DNA from: a virus
Virus record (IMG/VR): IMGVR_UViG_3300031851_000004
Coordinates: 1-64,000 of that record
Length of the DNA: 64,000 nucleotides
Strand: one strand, 5' to 3'
Shown: positions 57,723-64,000 of the stretch, in pieces
Position numbering within the stretch: the stretch's first letter is position 1
Layout of the letters: each line of letters begins with the position of its first letter
Position numbers and translations under genes: made by a program
Notes under the pieces: model-generated
Databases searched by the model: none
What the model saw: the letters and a program-made list of their open reading frames with translations, nothing else
What the model was told of the DNA's origin: nothing

Positions 57723-58143
57723 GGGGGTGTTCTGGATTCGACTAAAGTTAGATTCTTGCACCGCAAGTCGGAGACGCACTTGGCTCCGCAAAAAAGTGCA
57801 ACTTGTACATGGCAAGACTAAAAATCGTGTTAGAGCTTTAAGTTTCAAGAGCCGCATCGCTTCCAAGCGTGTTGGTTTTAGAAGCCGCAAGCTCGCCTTA
57901 GCAGCTTAATCTGCTAACCTCTTACCTTTTGACGCAGATATTAAGGATAAGGGGTCATCAATCTGCAAAAACAGAAAAAGTTTACCTGTTAATAAACTGT
58001 AGTCCGCTGAGTATTCGGAGGCAAATAATTGTAATAGGAAGTTGGATGTTAATATCACAACTTTAAAAAAAATTAACTAAACTTGTAGACGTGTCTGATT
58101 GAAGGCTATTAGGACGCGGGTTCAAATCCCGCCACCTCCACCA
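57723..58143 (+). ncRNA. ssrA: tmRNA (421 nt); tag frame 57811-57909
   Basis: 5' GGGGGTGTTCTGGATTCGAC; T arm GCGGG-TTCAAAT-CCCGC; acceptor CACCTCC-ACCA with a G3.U alanyl determinant; pk1 CGGAG/CTCCG plus GCACTT/AAGTGC; tag ends LALAA with its stop in the loop of TAGCAG/CTGCTA. Confidence 0.97.
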
Positions 58144-58146
58144 TTT

Positions 58147-58215
58147 AAAGCAACCAAAAAACAAAACTGATAAAAAATTCGGGATTTCTCGTTGAAGTTT
58201 CTTGGTTGCTTTTTT
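58147..58215 (+). terminator. long-loop inverted repeat plus T-run after the tmRNA
   Basis: AAAGCAACCAA (58147) pairs with TTGGTTGCTTT (58202), followed by Ts. Confidence 0.5.
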
Positions 58216-58239
58216 GTTGCATAATACATATATATAATA

Positions 58240-58419
58240 GTGAAAAATTTTGACAAAAAGTATTTGCTAAAGATGGCTGAAGAGCTTATAGAACTTGCTT
58301 GTAGAATACTACAGCATGTAAATAAAACAAAAGACTATTCTGAAAAAATTTTGGAAGAGGTTGATGATGTCAAGTTCAGAATTTCCGAATTTGAAAAAAA
58401 AATTTCCGAATCAAAGTAA
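58240..58419 (+). CDS. 59-aa helical ORF (absent from ORF track)
   Basis: GTG start, KNFDKKYLLKMAEELIELAC...KISESK; fills the gap on the coding strand. Confidence 0.55.
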   Translation: MKNFDKKYLLKMAEELIELACRILQHVNKTKDYSEKILEEVDDVKFRISEFEKKISESK

Positions 58420-58437
58420 ACATAAGTTCGAATCTTC

Positions 58438-59310
58438 ATGACGCACCATAACAGTTCTATAACTATAGCTATATGTACGCGCGATAACCCAGAGTACATA
58501 AAACATTTGGTTGAAGATTTAAAAAACCAATCAGATAAAGATTTCGAACTAATCATTCAAAATAATGGCTTAAAGATAGATGTGGATTTGTCTGGATTCA
58601 ATAATGCAATTTTTTTAAATAAAAAGTGTTTTGGTCTTTCTGAATCAAGGAATTTATGTGTTAATTCGTGCAAGACAGAATATATTCATTTTCTTGACGA
58701 TGATTTAACGATTAAAAAAGATTTCACAAGCTCATTAAAAGGCTTTGTGGCGAAAAATCCCAATGTTTCTGCTGCGGGGGGAAAGGTTCTACCAGATTGG
58801 ACTTATGTTGATCGACCAAGTTGGGTAACTAATAATTGTTTGGTTTTGCTTTCTATGCTTGATTTTGGTCCTGAAAAAAAACGCTTAGGAAGCGAGGTGT
58901 CTTGGCTTGTTGGAGCTAATCTATTAATAAAAACAAAAAAAATAATAGATTATGGTTTTTTTAAGCCTTACTTGGGTAGAATAGGAGGCAACGAATCTCT
59001 TCTCGGCTCAGAAGAGAACGAGCTTCTTCATAGAATAGCTAAGGATGAAGACGTGTTTTACTGCCCAGACTTCACGGTGCATCATTATGTCTCGCCTAAT
59101 CAATTAAACAGAAAATGGTTTGTGAAAAGGGTTGCTTGGCAAGCTGTTTCAGACATGTTATCAAATCAAAATTGGCTGTCATCTCTTCCAGATCAAGAAG
59201 AAAGGTTTTTAAGATCTATAAATTGTATAAAAAATGATAACTCTAATATAGATGAACTTCTACACTCTGTACATTTCTTAACTCATAATCTTTTAAAAGG
59301 CGATGGTTAA
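58438..59310 (+). CDS. glycosyltransferase GT2
   Basis: IAICTR, GLSESRN, FLDDD, GGKVLP, GAN, LGR..LLGSEE and VHH motifs. Confidence 0.9.
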   Translation: MTHHNSSITIAICTRDNPEYIKHLVEDLKNQSDKDFELIIQNNGLKIDVDLSGFNNAIFLNKKCFGLSESRNLCVNSCKTEYIHFLDDDLTIKKDFTSSLKGFVAKNPNVSAAGGKVLPDWTYVDRPSWVTNNCLVLLSMLDFGPEKKRLGSEVSWLVGANLLIKTKKIIDYGFFKPYLGRIGGNESLLGSEENELLHRIAKDEDVFYCPDFTVHHYVSPNQLNRKWFVKRVAWQAVSDMLSNQNWLSSLPDQEERFLRSINCIKNDNSNIDELLHSVHFLTHNLLKGDG

Positions 59311-60199
59311 AAATTTAATTTTATGTTTTAGGCATGAGGCTTTAGTTAATGGAAGCTTACAGCCCACTTTTTGTGGCATGGGGGATATTATAAGAGGGTT
59401 CGTGCATTGCTTTCTCTTATGCGAGAGTTTGGGGATAAAATTTCATATAAATTTTGACGATCACTCGTTAAGCAAATTCATGAATCCATCTTGTTTTTCT
59501 TTTGAGGGTATTGTCCCTGATGAAATTCTTTTTGTGGAGGGGTCTGAATTAAACACTTTAGTACATAATTCAACCGAAAAAAACTTATATTTAATGACTA
59601 ATGGGGATTTTTCATTAAAATTTATAGCAAAAGATAGCCTCTCCTCTGCATTTGAATATATATTTCTTTCAGACTGTAATGTTTTAAATTTTGTAAAATC
59701 TAATTTCAATTTCTCTGGAAAAACCCTTCATGCTAGGTTCGGAGACGGAATGATGGTCGATAGTAAATTTATTGACGACTTTTATTTGAAATACTCCACC
59801 CACCCTTTTTCGCCTTCTTCTTGGTTTAAAATATTGCCAGATTCAAGCAAATATAAAATAGTTTACAAAGGTTTTGAGGGTTCAATTTCTAGTTTCGACT
59901 TTGTTTCTTCGGATCATTTGAGTTTTAAATATTTTTTAAAAAATAAAATCGATATAGACTTTATAGATTCACCGCCTTGTCACTTGGGCATGCAGAACTT
60001 AGATCAAGCTGATATTTTTTACACATTATGTGATTTTTATTTAATTTACTATTCTAAAATAGTTGTTAGTGTCGGGTCATATCCATTTGGAAATAGACCA
60101 TCTGGCTTCGCTTTTTGGTGCCACTTTTTTAATAAAAACGACTGTTCTTTTTACTCTTTTGACTCCTTCAGGTCTGAAATAAAGCTTTTAGAACTTTAA
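59303..60199 (+). CDS. fucosyltransferase-like protein (NodZ/GT11/GT23 fold)
   Basis: GMGD..RG, LHARFGD (HxRxGD), SSD and DFYLI..S..SGF motifs. Confidence 0.6.
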   Translation: MVKNLILCFRHEALVNGSLQPTFCGMGDIIRGFVHCFLLCESLGIKFHINFDDHSLSKFMNPSCFSFEGIVPDEILFVEGSELNTLVHNSTEKNLYLMTNGDFSLKFIAKDSLSSAFEYIFLSDCNVLNFVKSNFNFSGKTLHARFGDGMMVDSKFIDDFYLKYSTHPFSPSSWFKILPDSSKYKIVYKGFEGSISSFDFVSSDHLSFKYFLKNKIDIDFIDSPPCHLGMQNLDQADIFYTLCDFYLIYYSKIVVSVGSYPFGNRPSGFAFWCHFFNKNDCSFYSFDSFRSEIKLLEL

Positions 60200-60221
60200 T
60201 GGTTATGTCTTATTATATATA

Positions 60222-60830
60222 ATGTTTGACGAAGGGAAGAAATATATATTTACGCACCCCCCGAAGTGCGCTGGAGCTAGCATTGCAATAGGGATAGGTT
60301 TATGGAAGCATCAGGGTGGTGAAATGTTTAAAAGATATAAAAACTTATTACATAGATCTTTGACTGAAAATATAATTGAAATAGAAAAGTTAAACCTAAA
60401 TTATGAAGATTTTTTTAAGTTTAGTTTGGTTAGAAATCCGTGGGATCGATTCGTTTCTCGATATTTCTTTGAATTAACTCATAATTTAGATTTTTATAAA
60501 AAAAATAATTTAGATACTTTTGATGAATTTGTTAAATCACAGTATGATAAGTTTAAATCTAAAGGCGACAGGGGTTTTCTAAAAATAGAACCATTCTATT
60601 ATCATAATGGTAAATATTGCATGGATTTCATAGTGAAACAAGAAAATTTTGAGAATGATTTCCTTCATGTTTGCGGCAAAATAGATATTAAAGACCCAGA
60701 AATAACTCGTTATGATCAGGGAACGAAACGAATTAGCCGTGATTACAAAAACATGTATAATCTGGAAACAAAAAAAATGATTGAAGACATGGGTTCAGAT
60801 TCAATAGAGATGTTTGAGTACTCTTTTTAA
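60222..60830 (+). CDS. sulfotransferase family 2
   Basis: HPPKCAGASI (5'-PSB), VRNPWDRFVS (3'-PB) and D..F.YSF motifs. Confidence 0.88.
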   Translation: MFDEGKKYIFTHPPKCAGASIAIGIGLWKHQGGEMFKRYKNLLHRSLTENIIEIEKLNLNYEDFFKFSLVRNPWDRFVSRYFFELTHNLDFYKKNNLDTFDEFVKSQYDKFKSKGDRGFLKIEPFYYHNGKYCMDFIVKQENFENDFLHVCGKIDIKDPEITRYDQGTKRISRDYKNMYNLETKKMIEDMGSDSIEMFEYSF

Positions 60831-61684
60831 TGAAAAATATACTTTTTTACGGGAATTGTCAATTAGGAATATTGTGCGAAAGATATTTACTCAAAAACGA
60901 AGAGTTTAAATCTAAATATAATGTATTAAAGCCTGAAAGTTTCGGGATTAATCTTGATTATGACTGGGAGAGATTTCAATTCTTTCCAGAAACAGTATTT
61001 AAAAGTAATTTAGTTAATTTTAAGAAGGCTTTAGACTCTTCTGATATTATTATATTTCATGAAATTAAATCAGATAATTTTCCAAGAGAGTTGTGTACGG
61101 AAAATATTGTTAATGAACATAATAAGAAAAGCTTATGTCTTACTAACTTTTGGTTTGATCCGTACAATCAAGCCAACGAAATCATAGAACATCTATACGA
61201 TAATAAAATAGCCGAAACCCCAAGCTCTATATTAGATTTCCTATATAATGGTTTTGATCTTTTTGTTGAAGACCTCGTGAAAGAAGAGTATAAAAAATCA
61301 ATAGAAGAGTTAAAAAATAGAGAATCTCGCCAAAACTTTGTATATTCAAAAATTTTAAGTTCTGTAAAATTTATTGAGAACAACTGGAAAAAACTTTTAT
61401 TAACCGAAAATAATTTCCCGCATCCCTCTTTCGAGTATTTTAACAATTTATCTTTATTGGTGTTAAATGAGTTGGGGATAAACTCTTTTAAACAGCTTCA
61501 AGACCCCAGACCTCTTGGTCACAAAAGATGGAATCCATTTAATCTTTATGATTTAAATTATTTCAAAAAACTCTTTCCTGATATAAAAAAACATAATAGA
61601 ATAGATGCCTATAAAGAAGATGTTATCCTTGATTATATATCAAAACAGATTAAAAAAGAGTGGAAACCAAAAGCTTTTAATTAA
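60830..61684 (+). CDS. WcbI-family polysaccharide biosynthesis protein
   Basis: FYGNCQ, EL..RE, FI..NW and HPS motifs. Confidence 0.75.
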   Translation: MKNILFYGNCQLGILCERYLLKNEEFKSKYNVLKPESFGINLDYDWERFQFFPETVFKSNLVNFKKALDSSDIIIFHEIKSDNFPRELCTENIVNEHNKKSLCLTNFWFDPYNQANEIIEHLYDNKIAETPSSILDFLYNGFDLFVEDLVKEEYKKSIEELKNRESRQNFVYSKILSSVKFIENNWKKLLLTENNFPHPSFEYFNNLSLLVLNELGINSFKQLQDPRPLGHKRWNPFNLYDLNYFKKLFPDIKKHNRIDAYKEDVILDYISKQIKKEWKPKAFN

Positions 61685-61689
61685 AAACG

Positions 61690-61717
61690 TTGCTTTATTT
61701 AATATTTTTTTTATACT
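61690..61717 (+). promoter_or_regulatory. sigma70-like promoter, probably leaderless
   Basis: TTGCTT-N16-TATACT-N7-ATG. Confidence 0.5.
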
Positions 61718-61724
61718 GAAATAA

Positions 61725-62234
61725 ATGTTTACCCATAAATACGACAAAAGGAATGCAGCTTCGATTGGGAACAAGGCTGAGAGGATATTTATATGCCTAG
61801 CGGGCAACAGGGGATATAGGGTAAAACCATCCACAATACATGAAAATAAAATAAAAAGAGTAGATTATTATTTAGAAAAAGATTCTCAAACAAAAGGTTT
61901 TGATGTAAAGTCCAGAAAGAAAGTATGCGCATATGATAAAGATTATAACGACGAATGGACTTGGGTTGAATTTAAAACTGCTGATGGGTTTCATGGGTGG
62001 ATGTACGGAGAGTCAGACTACATTGCATTTGAGAAAAAAGATTACTTCCTTGTTGTCAACACAATCTCCTTGCGTAATTTAGCCGAACACCTTATAGATA
62101 GAAATAAAGAATATGTCGGATCTTGCAAATATGCTAAATATAGAATATACCAGCGAAGAGATAATGAAGAAATATCTTTGATAAAAACTTCCGATATTAA
62201 AAAATTAAAAAGAACAGCTATTTGGAAAAAGTAA
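61725..62234 (+). CDS. PD-(D/E)XK-like phage nuclease
   Basis: G..AE..F, VDY, FDVKSRK, WVEF..GW.YG.SDYIAFE. Confidence 0.65.
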   Translation: MFTHKYDKRNAASIGNKAERIFICLAGNRGYRVKPSTIHENKIKRVDYYLEKDSQTKGFDVKSRKKVCAYDKDYNDEWTWVEFKTADGFHGWMYGESDYIAFEKKDYFLVVNTISLRNLAEHLIDRNKEYVGSCKYAKYRIYQRRDNEEISLIKTSDIKKLKRTAIWKK

Positions 62235-62458
62235 TGGATTTTAACGAACAAACAGATGCATTTAGGTTTGATTTAGACGATCTTACCAGAAGATATTTAG
62301 AAGAGTTTGATATTAACACTTTTACTTTGGTTGGAGCTTTGGAAGAAAAAAAACTAGAAATTCTTAATATAATAAACATTATAGAGGACAAAAAGTCAGA
62401 ATTATTAGGAGAAGACTGCGATTTTGAAGTAGATGACAATTTTTTTGACGAAGAATAA
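62234..62458 (+). CDS. small acidic protein
   Basis: TAATG overlap places the ATG at 62234. Confidence 0.65.
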   Translation: MDFNEQTDAFRFDLDDLTRRYLEEFDINTFTLVGALEEKKLEILNIINIIEDKKSELLGEDCDFEVDDNFFDEE

Positions 62459-62480
62459 TTTTTAATTACATAATTAAATC

Positions 62481-63128
62481 ATGAAAACAAAAACATACAT
62501 TACGGCACTTTTGTGTCTAATTTCTAACGTCGCAATAGCAGGTTCTACCTCTATTGGCTATACATCTGATTTTTTCAGAAGAGGGGCAATCCTTTCGGGT
62601 GAAGCTGTTCAAGCGTCAGCATCAGTCGGAGCAGATGTCGCTGGTTTTGATGCCTCCGTTGGAGCATCAACAAACCAATCAGTCTCAGGAGGTTCTGATG
62701 CATATACCATTGAATTTGGTGCTTCTAAGCAATTAGGAGAGCTATTAAATGTTTATGTAGGTCTAGAGCATTTTGAAGAACCAGCAGGGAATTCAGTTCT
62801 TGATGCAAGAGTTTCTCTTGGACTCGATACTGTTTTGTCTCCATCCGCAACTGTTTATAGGAATACTAGCGATGACCTATATACTTTTGAGTTGTCTGTA
62901 AAACACGGTTTAGATCTTGAGATTGCTGACATTTGTGTCCATGGTTTGTATGGCAACACAGATTCAAGTACTTCTGTTAATGAAGATTATTACGGAATTG
63001 GGGCGATTGCCTCAAGATCTGTTTCTGAAAATGCAGAACTTTCCTTGTCTTACGATTATTATGATTCTGATTTGATTGCCGATGGCGATGAATCTGTTGT
63101 GGGAATTTCTTTATCGGTTTCTTTCTAA
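62481..63128 (+). CDS. outer-membrane beta-barrel, TorF/Gcw_chp-like putative porin
   Basis: Signal peptide (AIA/G), YTSDFFRRG..AVQ, alternating beta pattern, terminal VVGISLSVSF. Confidence 0.75.
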   Translation: MKTKTYITALLCLISNVAIAGSTSIGYTSDFFRRGAILSGEAVQASASVGADVAGFDASVGASTNQSVSGGSDAYTIEFGASKQLGELLNVYVGLEHFEEPAGNSVLDARVSLGLDTVLSPSATVYRNTSDDLYTFELSVKHGLDLEIADICVHGLYGNTDSSTSVNEDYYGIGAIASRSVSENAELSLSYDYYDSDLIADGDESVVGISLSVSF

Positions 63129-63161
63129 TTGATAGAAACTTTAACATAAAAATAAAACAAA

Positions 63162-63413
63162 ATGAACGAAGTAGTAAATAAAATTAAGTGTGCCGTTTGT
63201 GGCATTAGCGCCGTACTGGTTTCCGTAATTGGACTCCTGGTACTATCCCAAGTTGTCTTTGGAGCAGGTTCAGGTATCGATATAATCGGCAATCTCCAGG
63301 CGATTGTTGCTGGATTCGTAGGTCCAGGAGCGAGCCTCGCAGGTATCGTTACCCTTGTCTTGCTTGTTTCCGTTTTAGGAAAACAGGTTGATGGAAACTG
63401 CTCCAAGAAGTAG
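63162..63413 (+). CDS. small two-TM membrane protein
   Basis: Two hydrophobic helices joined by DIIGNL. Confidence 0.75.
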   Translation: MNEVVNKIKCAVCGISAVLVSVIGLLVLSQVVFGAGSGIDIIGNLQAIVAGFVGPGASLAGIVTLVLLVSVLGKQVDGNCSKK

Positions 63414-63470
63414 AATTTCCTGTCGCAAGGTTGAAGGTTAATAGACTTTCTTATGTTCTATTAGCCATCT

Positions 63471-63501
63471 AACCCCCCTCGAAAGAGGGGGGTTTTTGTT
63501 T
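63471..63501 (+). terminator. intrinsic terminator
   Basis: AACCCCCCTC-GAAA-GAGGGGGGTT followed by TTTGTTT. Confidence 0.9.
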
Positions 63502-63504
63502 GGG

Positions 63505-63533
63505 TTGATTTTTGGCTGTTTTATTGTCATAAT
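63505..63533 (+). promoter_or_regulatory. sigma70-like promoter, probably leaderless
   Basis: TTGATT-N17-CATAAT with extended TG, then 7 nt to ATG. Confidence 0.55.
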
Positions 63534-63540
63534 ATAGTAT

Positions 63541-64000
63541 ATGAAAAAAGACAAAGATTATTTGTTCATAATCTATTTTAGTGTAACTATAGACAAGAAA
63601 CGCTTTTATAAATCATTAATAAATACAGATTCAAAATCAAAGTCTAAAGAAATTTTTTTAAAAAAAATAAAAAAAGACCTAAAAGGGTTTTTGATAAAAA
63701 ACATAAGAATTGAAACAATAAAAAAGTCAAAATATAGAGGGAGAAAAATCACAGACAAACAATGGGAAAGGCTTTTGGGTCTATCCTACCCCAACACCAG
63801 ACACAAACTTAGTAAAATCCCCAAAAACCAGTGGTTTAAACCGAAAAAACACAAAAGAAGAAATTTCAATGGAACCTTCAAAAAAGGTTTCGTTCCTTGG
63901 AATAAAGGTTTAAAGCTAAAAGTTTTCAAGAAAGATGAAAACGGGAGATTCATTAGCAGCAGAGATACACTTGGAAGGTTCACCAAAGGTATTCAAGTAG
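63541..64000 (+). CDS. basic protein with NUMOD3-like motifs, 3'-partial (absent from ORF track)
   Basis: Open to the window end; GTFKKGFVPWNKG, KDENGRF and RDTLGRF. Confidence 0.7.
   Translation, partial: MKKDKDYLFIIYFSVTIDKKRFYKSLINTDSKSKSKEIFLKKIKKDLKGFLIKNIRIETIKKSKYRGRKITDKQWERLLGLSYPNTRHKLSKIPKNQWFKPKKHKRRNFNGTFKKGFVPWNKGLKLKVFKKDENGRFISSRDTLGRFTKGIQV

Noticed and set aside
57669-57890. 73-aa minus-strand ORF
   Set aside because: Antisense to the tmRNA; no independent support.
58112-58143. Stand-alone tRNA-Ala
   Set aside because: This T arm and acceptor pair with 57723-57729 as part of the tmRNA; there is no anticodon arm.
58144-61684. Element integrated at the tmRNA 3' end
   Set aside because: No integrase and no duplicated tmRNA 3' sequence found downstream.
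63581-63586. Additional GTGTAA
   Set aside because: Inside a coding region with no ATG at the expected distance.
1666-63986. Short track ORFs overlapping real genes (e.g. 1666, 2419, 7704, 12044, 27296, 38261, 50398, 58335, 63125, 63786)
   Set aside because: They lie antisense or out of frame within well-supported genes and have no motifs.
1-64000. Alternative genetic code (stop-codon reassignment)
   Set aside because: Conserved enzymes read through under code 11, and TAA, TAG and TGA all end genes.

Overview
The window is an AT-rich, very gene-dense fragment that reads as part of a large (jumbo-type) tailed dsDNA bacteriophage. It does not read as a bacterial chromosome or a eukaryotic giant virus. 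Supporting features are virion-type repeat proteins, a sigma factor, SSB, dNMP kinase, dUTPase, class Ia RNR, RecA, DnaB, DnaG, a split DnaE and a tmRNA, with bacterial sigma70-type promoters and no ribosomal or housekeeping operons. Layout: virion-protein end (1-1209); minus-strand block with glycosyltransferase, ssb, sigma, dNMP kinase and dut (1220-5639); a ~20 kb nucleotide-sugar and glycosyltransferase cluster (5761-26174); RNR, recombination and replication genes (26275-49129); ClpC-like ATPase, a Whirly-like protein, a GT4/GT9 pair, a probable annealase and an NDT-like enzyme (49130-57137); tmRNA (57723-58143); a second glycan-tailoring island (58438-61684); and a porin-like barrel with a membrane protein (62481-63413). 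The strongest leads are: (1) a phage protein matching the plant-organelle Whirly ssDNA-binding pattern and ending in a bacterial SSB-type tail; (2) a tmRNA with a 32-residue, acid-free, K/R-rich tag in a genome that encodes its own Clp unfoldase; (3) an extensive phage glycan pathway including GDP-fucose, a fucosyltransferase-like enzyme and a sulfotransferase; (4) two promoter classes, GTGTAA-N8-11-ATG and sigma70 promoters predicting leaderless mRNA. All family calls come from motif recognition by eye; no searches were run.
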